Assembly: GCF_006345805.1 (NCBI RefSeq)
Contig: NC_043008.1
Span: forward strand, 31,000,001 to 31,064,000
DNA from: Octopus sinensis
Lineage: Eukaryota
Length of the DNA: 64,000 nt
Direction of reading: 5' to 3'
The position numbers were made by a program, and so were the translations under genes. The first letter of the stretch is position 1. Each line of letters starts with the position of its first letter. Positions 1-14,239 of this stretch are shown here, piece by piece. The notes below the pieces were generated by a model. It ran no database searches. It was not told where the DNA came from and worked only from the letters and a program-made list of their open reading frames with translations.

Positions 1-3000
1 ACCACTGAACAACATAAAACACAACTTAGAACAATGCAAACATCAAACTTCCCTTTCGACATTCCTGTTAAATGTACGTGGCATCAACCCATCAATTATT
101 GCCCAAAAATGGAAGATCCCATATATAGAGAGTTGGCTTGCCGAAACAGCACGTTGCTTCCCTTTCTTTATCCTTACCGAGACTCACCTGAACAACACCC
201 ATATGGACGCCGAAGGGAAAATAAAAGATTTCACCATTGTTCGTGCGAATCGCACAGACCGAAATAAGGGGGGGGGCCGACAGCCATCTTTATCCATGAC
301 TCCTTTTCACTTGATGCCAAGGACATATTTTCCAATGGCTATTGTGAATCTGTATCACTATTCAGCAAGGCCAAGGACATAATCATTGTTGGTCTTTACA
401 GGCCTCCCCAAGCACCTCTAAAGTGCTTTGAAGAGTGCCTTAGCAAAGTCAAGTCCTTCCTTCGGAAGTACAACTCCGGAAACATACTAGTGATGGGTGA
501 TTTTAACCTCCCTCATGTGAACTGGCCCACAAATACTCTGGAGTTAGGCAAATGCTCTACATTAGATAGAGCAGCAGCAGAACTGCTCTTTAATCTGATG
601 GATGAATACTTCCTGACTCAGCTAGTGCTCGAACCAACGAGACAAAATAAAACGATCTTGGATCTGGTATTGACCAATCACTCTAGCGTCGTTCACAGTT
701 TTTCAGTTGAAAAAACTCTCAACTCAGACAACGACATGGTACTCTGCAATTTTAATTCCCGACATATAAAAACCAAACCAGCCAATCCCCCTCCATGGCA
801 CTCATTTGACAACATAAACTTCCACAAAACGGACTAGGGAACAATCAGAAAGGATCTGTCTTTCATCGACTGGTCTTTTACTCTCAATTCCACCGATATT
901 GAGACCGCATGGCAGCACTTTGAAAACATTGTCACCTATACATGCTCTAAACACGCTCCCACGAAATCTACTAACACAAACAGAAACCGGCTCCCTAAAA
1001 AGAAAAAAACACTCATCAGGCGCATCAAAAGACTCAACAAAAAAAATCAACAAATTAAAATATTCCCACATACAACATCCACATTCAACAACAATGAAAA
1101 GGCTAGAGCTGGAAAAACTTCATCTGCAGAACGACATGAAAACTTCCATTGAAAATCAAAGAGCTGTGGAGGAACAGTGGGTGATCAAAAACATCAAACA
1201 GAACCCAAAAGTGTTCTATGCTTATGCAAATAAGCATAGAACCACTGTCTCACCCATTGGGCCATTGATTGATGATAACGACATTCCCCAACACGATGCT
1301 AAAGAATTGGCAGAAATACTGCAGAAACAATACTGCTCTGTCTTTAGTGTTCCCACTGATATTGACGTAAGAGAAGCGAACGAAGTTGACTCTCTACAAA
1401 AAATCTCAGACATAACCTTCACTGCCACTGACATCATAGCAGCAATAAATGAGGTCAAATACTACTCTGCTGTAGGCCCTGATAGATTCCCCGCTAGTCT
1501 CCTGAAGGAATGTAGACATCAACTTGCAGTCCCTCTGACCAACCTCTGGAGAAATTCGTTAGACGCAGGTTATATACCGAAACAGTTTCTATCCCAGTCA
1601 GTCATCCCGATTTTCAAACAGGGGAACAGATCCCTCGCACTCAACTATTGCCCAATCTCACTCACCTCCCACATCATCAAAGTGTTTGAAAGAGTGTTAA
1701 GATCAAGGATAGCTGACTTCCTGGAGACCCACAAACTCCTAAATGCAAATCAGCATGGCTTTCTCTGTGGCAGGAACTGTCTAACACAGCTCTTACACCA
1801 CACTGAAGATGTACTCAAAGCCTTGGGAACAGGTTCGAACTCTGATGTCATATACCTTGACTTCAGTAAAGCGTTCGACAGGGTAGACCATAATATCCTA
1901 CTCTCAAAATTGGCAAATGTTGGAATCCGTGGAAAAGTTCTACACTGGATCAAGTATTTCCTGGCGAATAGAACACAACATGTTGTAGTTGATGGAGTCC
2001 ACTCAAGCCCAGCAAGAGTCACCAGCGGTGTCCCTCAGGGGACTGTCTTGGGTCCGCTACTCTTCATAATCTACATAAACGACCTTTCCAGTGTCGTACA
2101 TTACTGCAAAGTGAAAATAATTGCTGATGACACTAAGCTCCAGCAAATCGTCAATGAAGAAGCAGACCGAACTCAACTCCAGTCTAATCTATATGCTGTG
2201 AGTCAATGGGCAGACAGAAACTAAATGCAACTGAACGAGGGAAAATTTGAGCTGATGCATTTTGGAAGAAATTCCTCACTAAAACAGCCATACTCTCTTC
2301 CTTCAGGGGAACCGCTCACAGCCTCTAACAATATCAGAGACCTGGGTGTAATTGTTGATGACGATCTCAGTTGGAGTGCACACATCAACAAGAAGGTCGA
2401 TATAGCTCGTAGGATGAGTTCCTGGATCTTAAGAACTTTCCGTTCCAGAGAACAAGGTGTCATCATACCACTTTTCTCCTCCTTTGTACGGCCACACCTC
2501 GAATACTGCTGCCCACTGTGGTCTCCCCATACAAGACAAAACATCTCGAGGACTGAATCACCCCAGAGAGCACTCACTAAACGAATTGAAGGCATGGCTG
2601 CTCTCGATTATTGGGATCGCCTTAAAGCCTTGAAACTCTACTCTCTCCAGCGTCGCCGTGAGCGGTACATCAATATACCGCCAACTTTGCCCAAACGACC
2701 TGAACATTAGCTTCAAGGTTCATCAAAGGCTGGGACCACGGGCCATACGTCCTCGGCCCAATTCAAGATCACAGCATACATGTACACTACAACATAATTT
2801 CTTTTCCTCAACAGGCCCTGCCCTATTTAACATTGTCCCGAAAGAGATCAAAGAGGAACAGGATCCCATCAACTTTAAACGGAGTCTGGATAGATTCCTT
2901 CAAGGAATACCAGATAAGCCATCCATAATTGGATACAACTCACCCAACAAAAACTAACTACTTGAATGGACCATAAACAAAACTTGACTTAAACAGGATT

Positions 3001-3088
3001 CAAATAATCCTATCAGGTGGTGCTATTAAGTTAGACATGGCCTGGACCAATCATTGGTCGAAACATATCTAAGTTTATCTAAGTTTAT
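1..3088 (+). mobile_element. CR1-group (CR1/L2/Jockey-like) non-LTR retrotransposon, ORF2 plus 3' UTR
   Basis: APE endonuclease motifs (LLNVRG ~65, LTETHL ~170, GLYRPP ~390, MGDFN 493, LDLVLT 660); RT motifs (QHGF, YLDFSKAFDRV, GVPQGTVLGPLLF, IADD); C-terminal RPHLEYC and LYSLQRRRER. 3' hairpin gaccaa-tca-ttggtc followed by a (tatctaagtt)x2 tail. Confidence 0.92.
34..2957 (+). pseudogene. Disrupted LINE ORF2 (endonuclease-reverse transcriptase)
   Basis: Homology runs across ORFs 490-837, 899-2224, 2225-2710 and 2658-2957; premature stops at 835-837 and 2222-2224 plus frameshifts. Confidence 0.9.
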
Positions 3089-3168
3089 ATATAGAGACTT
3101 AGTAATTTTAATATTTCTATTATATATATATATATCATAGAGAGACTTAGTAATTTTAATATTTCTAT

Positions 3169-3230
<62 letters not shown>

Positions 3231-3589
3231 TAAAATATACTTGTGACTTACCTCAACCTCCAAAGGCACATCCACCGCAAGCACCGTGAAGGAAAAGTTC
3301 TCCCCCGTGGTAAAAAGGTGCAAATGCATCGTCCAGTGCTGCTCCACGCCGGACTCCCTAATACGTTTCCAGCTCTTTATCCTTTATCAGTGGGAAACAC
3401 CGAAGAGAGGAAACTCTGGGCAGACCTAATTAAAGCTGTAAATTTAATCAAAACATTCAACAACACTGACTGACTTGCGCCTGACTTGTTACATGTGTGA
3501 GTGCATACGAGCGTGTGTGCGTGCGTGCATGCGTGCGTGCGTGTTTTGTTCGTGTGTGTATGTGTGTGGGTGTGTGTTTGTGTGTAATT

Positions 3590-4230
3590 CAGAAAAGTCT
3601 GGAAATATTATTTCCTTTAATGCTAATCGAGAGTGGCCCATATACTGGATCAAATTCTGGACCAGACTAGAAATGAGCGGTAAAAAAAAGCCGTTTTACC
3701 AAGCGAGAAGGAAAGTTCTAGCATATGAAAAACAAATTCCAAGGTGTGATGGGTAATGCTATGCCCAGAGGTGAACTAGCTCACAAATTTAGATACAAAA
3801 AAAAACAATTGTAGAAAAAGCAGGCATCTCCATAAATTCATTGCTATGTCAGTTAGACTCATTAAGTCTTGCACTGAAAGCAACTGTCCGATGTGCACAA
3901 GCAACCCAAATCTAAACTATAAAGGGAGAAACGTTATGTACCATACTGCATTTATAATGAGGTTATGGAGGGAAAGAACCATAACTTACATAGGAGAAAA
4001 GGCAGTTTACGTGAAAGAATTGCATAACACTGGCTAAAATACAATAAAGATAAGCAAACTTCATTACTCTATCGACATGCCGTAAAGAAATACAATGGCT
4101 CGATACAAATTTGAAGTAAAAATTCTTTCCAGGTACCCAAAAGACCCAACTGAGAGACAGATTGCAAAATCTCTAAAAATACAAGGAGTACATTGCACAA
4201 ATATAATTTGAGGAATGAGTGATGTAGCAA
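3590..4230 (+). mobile_element. Penelope-like element relic, GIY-YIG endonuclease region (Nematis-like, tentative)
   Basis: Frameshifted translation IVEKAGISINSLL...CTESNCPMC...NVMY...TYIGE...LRERIA*H...LYRHAV...DPTERQIA...NLRNE matches the PLE GIY-YIG layout. Confidence 0.7.
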
Positions 4231-5299
4231 CGACTCACTAATCACAGACTACGGCAACAGTACTTAATAGGTAAGTCTAAAACCACCACATGCACATACA
4301 CACACACACACACATACACACACACTCACATACACACACATGTACGCACACACACACACATGCACACACACGTCACATGTGCGCGTACACACACAGGCAG
4401 ACACATTCAGAGGTTTGTTCTTATGTTTGCGGGGATAGATGTAGAGGTACAACTTTATTGAACAAATAGAAACTTAGACGAAAAGTAACTGCTAAATGTG
4501 TTTATAGACTATATTAGAAACATAAAAATAAGCTGAATTATGCACTAGAAACAGCTCTATAGTAAAAACGCTATCAATATAATACTTTAAGTGTATGTTC
4601 TATGCTGAAACGCAATTTTTACCCGGGAAAAATTCATGTTTATATGTATTGAGGTTTAAGAATATATGTACTTCAGGATATAAAATCGCCCCTGAAGCAA
4701 CTTCAAAATCAACAGTTACGTACTTCGCCGTACCTTGTGGCTTATCAGTATCACGTATTCGTTTCATTTCAGTAGCGAAATCGAATCTGCTAATCTGAAG
4801 TATATACACTGTGTAAACAACAGTAATAAGCAAAGGAAACGCATACGCAAAATAAATTTGAATTATTCAACAGAAGCCTCTCTGTTGTAGAAACTTTATC
4901 AATAATAAAGTTGAAACGCCACAAGGTATGATTTTCGTCCGGATAAAATCCCTTTATAGACGTATTGAATAAAACAAATACGGTGTACTTTGGAACTAGG
5001 TGAAACGAAAACTGGTTTCGACACACGATTTCAGATCAAAATTCTTACACAACAAATTCAAAGTTAAAATATATAGAAATATATATAAAATCATTGTATG
5101 ATTGGAATACACACGTGTGCATGTGTATGTGAGTGTAGGTGTATGTGTGTGCAGGTGTATGTGTGTGTTTAACGGTGTGTGATATTGAGTGTTCTTAATA
5201 AATAAAAGTTATAGAACGCTAAAATATTCACAAATGATAGAAAGCTATGATATTTGTAGAGCCAAATATATTTTTCATGTTTGAGTTGAGTGAAAATTT

Positions 5300-6705
<1,406 letters not shown>

Positions 6706-6719
6706 TGGGTTATATTTTA

Positions 6720-8850
6720 TGACATTAATGTTACAAAATGTTATTGCATATTAATTTTAATCTATTTTGAATAGTTCTATTGTTTATCTTATATAAATGT
6801 TTCTGTATTACACGATTTCGTTGTACTTAGCATTTTCCATACATCTAAACTTGGTTGAGCATATTTTAGTATTTCTACATTTTCAATTAACGTTGTGTAT
6901 AGGGTGGGCTATGTTGTTGAATTCAAATGTGGTTGCTGAAGCAAGTACGGTAACAACGTTTCGAAACTGATATGTGAGACTGATAGAGCATAAAAAAATA
7001 ACACCTAAGTATTTAGGAAATTGTTTAATAATTATAAAAAGAAGTTTGCTGTATGTATTTTAACAGCATAATAGTAGGTAGGATTGTACACAGTAGTGTT
7101 TCGTTTTCTCATGCTAATGTTATAGTTGCTTGTATTTTCTTTCATATATTTTATATTTTCGCAGTCAATGGAGGTGCAATGGCCCAGTGGTTAGGGCAGC
7201 GGACTCGCGGTCATAGGATCGCGGTTTCGATTCCCAGACCGGGCGTTGTGAGTGTTTATTGAGCGAAAACACCTAAAGCTCCACGAGGCTCCGGTAGGGG
7301 GTGGTGGTGATCCCTGCTGTACTCTTTCACCACAACTTTCTCTCACTCTTACTTCCTGTTTCTGTTGTACCTGTATTTCAAATGGCCGGCCTTGTCACTC
7401 TCTGTGTCACGCTGAATATCCCCAAGAACTACGTTAAGGGTACACGTGTCTGTGGAGTGCTCAGCCACTTACACGTTAATTTCACGAGCAGGCTGTTCCG
7501 TTGATTCGGATCAACCGGAACCCTCATCGTCGTAACCGACGGAGTGCTTCCATCCATCATTTTCGTAGTTATCTTTTGAACAGAGCTTCATTAAATATTT
7601 CTTTAATGATAGAAATGTACGTACTCTTATTGATTATATTTCTATTACTTATGATAATTTTAGAGCGATTAAATAATTTGATTGTATATTTAATTGTTTT
7701 ATGTATTGTTCAAATCTGAGCAACATCAAAGAAATCTGCTACTGCATAGCTGTGTTTGATTGCTATGTTAAATTCATAATACTTAAAGTAAAAATGCAGA
7801 TATTGTTTATATTTTGTGCGTAGATATTGTTGTGAAGTAAGAGTCCATCATCTCCTTAAAAACCTCTTTTTATCAGATGAAATAACTCTATTAGCATTTG
7901 GCAGTCACATTGAGCCAACAAATCACGAATATCAATTGCATCGTGGGCTGCGATGCTAACATCAAATAGGATTGGTAACGATATCTTTATCCCTATTACG
8001 ATGTTGCACTATAAAATTCATATGTCGAGAAAACATCAATATTTCGATTTTTCTTCTTTTAAATTGGTAATATTTTTATTTTATATTTTATTTTTTACAA
8101 TTCTCAATAAAGATTTATTGATACATGAATAGTACTTTTACGTGTCGAATTGAAGAAACCTGCGTGGTTCCTTTCTATTAATACATTTAACTCTTCTATT
8201 ACTGTGTTGGTGTAGTTCCAAATTGTTTAAATTGGTGCTTGTTTAATATGTCGAGATATTCTAATATTTTTTTTTTTACTATTTCAGTCAATTTCTGTTT
8301 TGTTAGATTAATTAAGCGAATATATGGTTATTGCTCGAAGTCTGCTTTATGGCCTTTAAAATGAAATATGGCTCGCTGTTCCGTTCTGTCTGCACTATTT
8401 GATTTAAATGTTATTTTCAATCTTTGGTACCTTACTTCGTTGAATGTGTTTCCATTCTACTTTTCTACGAGTGCTGATGGTAGAATTTGCAATATGTCTC
8501 TACTATGGCTGCCAATAATATATGTGATTTTTTTCTTAGAATAATCGGTCAGAATTTTTAATGTCACACAGTTATTTGTTTAATGTCTTGTGGACAACAT
8601 TACCGGCTTTCTTAAAATTTTTATATGTAATCAATGATTAATTGTTATCTTTGAAATATAATAACAAACAGTTGTTATATTACTAATTAGATTTTAATAA
8701 ATAACAGTATTTGTTAGTTAAATAGTTGTGTTAGTGGACATAATTGTATACACTCATATCCTTCAAATAATATGTTTTATAAGATTTTTAAAGTCTCTTT
8801 GGTAGTATTGGTATTACTGAATAGATATACTAATATGTTATTTGATAGCA
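6720..8850 (-). mobile_element. Naiad-type Penelope-like element relic (RT plus zinc finger), interrupted by a SINE
   Basis: Minus-strand fragments: YFILKGHKADFEQ*PYIRLIN (~8320-8390), FLQFDT*KYYSCI (~8120-8160), LFDVSIAAHDAIDIRDL (~7920-7970), GDDGL (~7845), VYNPTY (degenerate WFNPPY, ~7080), and *KCRNTKICSTKFRC (CxCx5Cx5C, 6841-6885). Confidence 0.75.
7169..7558 (+). mobile_element. tRNA(Arg)-derived SINE, full length (octopus OR-like)
   Basis: A box tggcccagtgg, TCG at the anticodon position, B box ggtttcgattcc, (catc) tail; imperfect TSD attttcgcagtcaa / attttcgtagtta. Confidence 0.88.
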
Positions 8851-8865
8851 GCGGTTAGAGAGCTC

Positions 8866-9387
8866 TGTAGTAACCAAATCAATAGCTGTCGCTTGCAATA
8901 GCCGTCGCTTAAACGAGTTGAAAGTATTTATCTCCTTCAACTGGTTATCTATGAAATCTGCACCCGATATATATCGCAAGCAGAGGAGAGAACCTCTATC
9001 ATCTTCTAGCAGACAACGGGATCACCTGACCGTACGGTTTCAGTTTTTGTGCCCATCCTTAGTGGTGAACACTCGTCCGCTAGAAATAGCTGGGATTCGC
9101 TCCAGTTCGCAAAATATACAGCTGTAACACATTACTTACTTCTACTTCTCCCATTTTTTTATCTACCTCTACTCTAATTAAATATTCTAAATGGCCTGAG
9201 ATGCTCGTCCTGCCTTGGTTTTGTTTTACTCTTTCTTTAATATATATCCGCTGACTCTGAAGCATACTATGGATCCCTAGCTCCAGCCTCAGCTGTGAAG
9301 TTGGAGCCTAACGAATGATCAATTATAGCACTTGCGCAGCGTAGCTACAGGTTTAGATCAACAGCGAACTAAAACTCTCATACTACA
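8866..9387. mobile_element. Candidate solo LTR
   Basis: 522-bp segment of higher GC bounded by the inverted termini TGTAGTA...TACTACA; no TSD seen. Confidence 0.3.
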
Positions 9388-9391
9388 TATA

Positions 9392-9430
<39 letters not shown>

Positions 9431-9438
9431 TATATATA

Positions 9439-9508
<70 letters not shown>

Positions 9509-9509
9509 C

Positions 9510-9806
9510 AAGGTGCATGGCTTAGTGATTAAGGTGTTGCATTCACGATTGTGAGATCGTGGATTCGATTCCCATACCGGGTGTTACGCTGTGCATTTGA
9601 AAAAAGCGTTTCATTTCACGTTTACTCTGCGATTATTTCAACATCTGACATGTGGCACTTGTTGTACCTGTACAGGTAATGTCGATCTGATAGGGTGAAT
9701 AAGCCTACGTCTACACAACATTTGATCACTATAAACAAATCATGTGTGTGATTGTTCAGTAAGGAATTGTCGAACTCTCAGACGTCGTCTAGCGACGGGA
9801 GAGTCC
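9510..9806 (+). mobile_element. Degenerate tRNA-derived SINE
   Basis: A box tggcttagtga, B box ggattcgattcc; its 3' end (aactctcagacgtcgtctagcgacgg) resembles the tail of the 7169-7558 SINE. Confidence 0.75.
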
Positions 9807-9812
9807 ATATAT

Positions 9813-10376
9813 TGAGAGAGTTATTCAAAAAGAAAGAGCAGATTTTAAATTTATTTTAAAAACAAACAGTAAGAAGCACAAACACATTCTACATATTTCT
9901 TGATTGGGAGAAGATTTAATGTTTATTTTAAGGTAGTATGTACTCAACATGAGCACCATGAGTTGCTCGACAAACATCGAAACATCGAAACTTTTTCTGT
10001 GAAATTTTTATGCCATTCATAAATTTGCTTGTGACAAGGTGGATTTTTATTGAATTGGCGAAGAAATTCACATTGCACTTGCACAATCGATTCGCATTTC
10101 TCAAACTGCAGCACACAAAAAGACTTTCCTTGTGGCATCGCCATTTTCTAAGAGTTTACACAAATGAAAATTATACAACTTTAAATAAAATGAACAAAAC
10201 GAAACATTAAAACAAAATTAAAGTATTTTATTTAAGGCTTAATTCAATCGATTCTGTACAGCTATAAACTTTAAACCTTCCCCTATCAAGAAATATGTAG
10301 AATATGTTTGTGTCTCTTACCGTTTGTTTTAAAAATAGATTTAAAATCTGCTCTTTCTTCTTGAATAACATTGTAT
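9813..10376 (-). mobile_element. Non-autonomous Tc1/mariner derivative with ~110-bp TIRs and an internally deleted transposase
   Basis: TIRs at ~9820-9925 and ~10265-10370; N-terminal HTH MAMPQGKSFCVLQF...IYEWHKNF (DUF4817-like) fused to the C-terminal DVCRATHGAHVE. Confidence 0.85.
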
Positions 10377-10395
10377 AAATATATATATATATATT

Positions 10396-10443
<48 letters not shown>

Positions 10444-10448
<5 letters not shown>

Positions 10449-10614
10449 GGATGAATGAATTATCCTTTGTTTACCGTTAACATGGAAAATTCAATAAACA
10501 GTTACCAGGGTAGCAAAATTCACGCAAGTAACAAGGGTGTTGCGACCTATTCAAAGGTAGAAACACCGGATTAATGTGCAGTATTTTGTGTAGTATAAGT
10601 AAATAAATGGAGTT

Positions 10615-10650
<36 letters not shown>

Positions 10651-10718
10651 TATATATGTATGTATATATACATACATATATATATATATATATATGAGTG
10701 TGTGTGTATGTATATGTG

Positions 10719-10750
<32 letters not shown>

Positions 10751-10767
10751 TATAGATATATATATAT

Positions 10768-10845
<78 letters not shown>

Positions 10846-11010
10846 GGATGAATGAATTATCCTTTGTTTACCGTTAACATGGAAAATTCAATAGACAGTT
10901 ACCAGGGTAGCAAAATTCACGCAAGTAACAAGGGTGTTGCGACCTATTCAAAGGTAGAAACACCGGATAATGTGCAGTATTTTGTGTAGTATAAGTAAAT
11001 AAATGGAGTT

Positions 11011-11091
<81 letters not shown>

Positions 11092-11111
11092 TGTGTGTGT
11101 ATGTATATGTG

Positions 11112-11143
<32 letters not shown>

Positions 11144-11157
11144 ATATATATATATAT
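10444..11157. repeat. Tandem duplication of a ~170-bp unique segment plus (TA)n tract (period ~398 bp)
   Basis: aaatggatgaatgaattatcc...aaatggagttt occurs at 10445-10613 and 10842-11010, nearly identical. Confidence 0.9.
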
Positions 11158-12641
11158 AGGTAAACAGTAAAATTAAATACAGACATGGACAAGAACATGA
11201 AACACCACAGAGACGACACAAGAACCACAGGACGGGACATTCGAAGCCCTCAGTCATCAGTCAAGAACCAGATCATCTTAGCAATTTCGGCTGATTAATC
11301 TTGAGATTGCTCCGATATGGCCAGCCCAAAGCTTCGAATGTATACAACGAAAGGACGGAAAACGATCGAAGTACACAAACAAAAATACAGAATACGTGAC
11401 ACCAATAAGAATACAAAAACGTAAAAACAATAACGGTGAAAATAAAAAATAAACAACAAAACAAAACCAGGACGTAGGACAAGGGTCTTTCGACAGGACG
11501 ATTTGAGTAGGGGCTGGCTTGTGAAGTTGTGCCTAAAGGCCACGGGGAGACGAACAAATCCGTGTTGCTTCTGAGGCTGCTGAAAACGAAAAGAGCGCTC
11601 AACAGCGGCTAGCTGTCACGTGAGAACAAAAGACAGGAGAAAGGGACAGATGAAAAGGGAGAGAAGGTGGACGAGGGAGGAGAAGAAAGAGACAGATCGA
11701 GGGGGCTGGAGGTGAGAGAGATAGAGAAACGTAGAAAGGGGGGGGAACGGATGGAGAGGGAAAGAACGGAAGTGGAATAAGGGAGGAGGAGAGAGAGAGA
11801 AAAAGAGACAGATTAAGAGTCGTATCAAAGCTTGAGAAAAAAATATACTTATCGTATAAGGACAATTGTGGATACGTAGCCGCCGATTATATAGGTAAAC
11901 AGTAAAATTAAATACAGACATGGACAAGAACATGAAACACCACAGAGACGACACAAGAACCACAGGACGGGACATTCGAAGCCCTCAGTCATCAGTCAAG
12001 AACCAGATCATCTTAGCAATTTCGGCTGATTAATCTTGAGATTGCTCCGATATGGCCAGCCCAAAGCTTCGAATGTATACAACGAAAGGACGGAAAACGA
12101 TCGAAGTACACAAACAAAAATACAGAATACGTGACACCAATAAGAATACAAAAACGTAAAAACAATAACGGTGAAAATAAAAAATAAACAACAAAACAAA
12201 ACCAGGACGTAGGACAAGGGTCTTTCGACAGGACGATTTGAGTAGGGGCTGGCTTGTGAAGTTGTGCCTAAAGGCCACGGGGAGACGAACAAATCCGTGT
12301 TGCTTCTGAGGCTGCTGAAAACGAAAAGAGCGCTCAACAGCGGCTAGCTGTCACGTGAGAACAAAAGACAGGAGAAAGGGACAGATGAAAAGGGAGAGAA
12401 GGTGGACGAGGGAGGAGAAGAAAGAGACAGATCGAGGGGGCTGGAGGTGAGAGAGATAGAGAAACGTAGAAAGGGGGGGGAACGGATGGAGAGGGAAAGA
12501 ACGGAAGTGGAATAAGGGAGGAGGGAGAGAGAGAGAAAAAGAGACAGATTAAGAGTCGTATCAAAGCTTGAGAAAAAAATATACTTATCGTATAAGGACA
12601 ATTGTGGATACGTAGCCGCCGATTATATAGGTAAACAGTAA

Positions 12642-12644
<3 letters not shown>
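11153..12644. repeat. Two head-to-tail copies of a 735/736-bp non-coding element plus ~20 bp of a third
   Basis: taaacagtaaaat starts at 11161, 11896 and 12632; the copies differ only in the GA-rich tract. A related fragment lies at ~51770-51815. Confidence 0.93.
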
Positions 12645-12683
<39 letters not shown>

Positions 12684-13559
12684 CATCAATAATAGGTCGA
12701 GCGATTATGCAGATGCTTCATTGTTGTACTTGAACTGAAAAGCAATGTTTACTGCAATTTTCGAAAACTGGATTTCATTAATTATTTTTTCCCCATATTT
12801 CATTAACTGTTGGAAGAGGTATAAATGTCATCCCCTCCCTTCAATAATCTTAGTTTTGATAGGCGTTCTTTGCAGATAAGGTCTGCAAATTATTTTGAAT
12901 TACCGTTGAAGTAAATTCATTTTAATTACCAGCTAAGTCATTGAAATGCATATTTAATCATTAAATTTGCTTTTAGCAACTTCCTGTTAATTATTTTATG
13001 GGTCATGCTCAGAATAATTGGATTTTTGCTTTAATTCTCTCATGTTACGCACTCAAATATACATTTATGCAAACCAGTGACGAAGAGTTATGTGGTTGTC
13101 AAGCCTACTAGAAATAACGGGTAAAAGTACCCAACCATTTTAAATGAAATGAAAAATAAATTGGATACTATAGTCAAAAATGTTCAATTATATTATGAGA
13201 AGCAAGTCGAGATTACCGATTCCTTTTGCTCACTACGCTACAGAATGGTATGTCTTTAATTATAGTTCTGCTTCATGAAGATACATTACGATAAACATGA
13301 AGGAAATCTAGCGCTTTTTATCCCTTTTCATGCAGCCTGCATTGTTTGTAAATGTAAATGAATAACACAGATGTGACGACTTTGTATTCCAAGCAATGTG
13401 TCAGTTAACCTCGAACCGGAGGCCCAAAGTTAGACAGGGACTGAGGCTCCATTGTAGCATGTTAGTCCCTGGAACAATTTACATATTTCTCATGTGTTTA
13501 GCATGGGAAACTAGCGTGAAGGATCTCTTTGCAAATTTTAACTGTACCACGGATTGATT

Positions 13560-14059
13560 GTATTTAGAGAACACAGTTTAGTTTGGTTTGTTCTTTTCTG
13601 GAGAAACATAAATCCGTTATGTGATCCTATAATAAAGCGTAAAAAATAAGAACTTTTGTCTGAGTATAAGAGCTACAAGTTTCTTATTATTCCTATATAA
13701 ATGTTCTCTCTTTCTACATATTTTGAGTAACATTTACATCTACTGCAGTAATGTCTTTGTTTTCAGTCCCATAGTATAATGTCTGGCCGTATTGTACTTA
13801 CACCGACTTACTGTTCTTATTGAGATGTTTCACCAATAATCTGTTCTTCTATAGGTGTGAATGCATTCCAGTTCTGGTGTGCTTTGGGTATAACCGTCAG
13901 GACAGTCTTTCTTTTGCATAGCATTGTAAACTGTATTTACGATAATGTTATGTCTCAAGATGAGGTAATATCTTACAGAAATTTTTGAGCAATTTCTGAT
14001 GTGATATTTTCCACACTAGTATAGCATAATCAATTTTTTCTAACACTGTTTGGAGGTTT

Positions 14060-14117
<58 letters not shown>

Positions 14118-14201
14118 CTCTCTCTCTCCTCCTCTCTCTCCTCTCTCTCTCTCTCTCTCTCCTCTCTCTCCTCTCTCTCTCATCTCTCTCTCTCCTCTCC
14201 T

Positions 14202-14239
<38 letters not shown>

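Noticed and set aside
4600-5026. Two overlapping minus-strand ORFs as host exons
   Set aside because: No recognisable protein motif and no convincing donor/acceptor set.
7169-7243. tRNA-Arg gene (also tRNA-like heads at 9510, 46129 and 60043)
   Set aside because: Poor cloverleaf, continues into a SINE body and has no poly-T terminator; these are SINE heads.
11250-11330. CTGATGA and GAAA on the minus strand of the 735-bp unit as a hammerhead
   Set aside because: The order is permuted and stems I and II do not close next to the core; no canonical type I, II or III fold.
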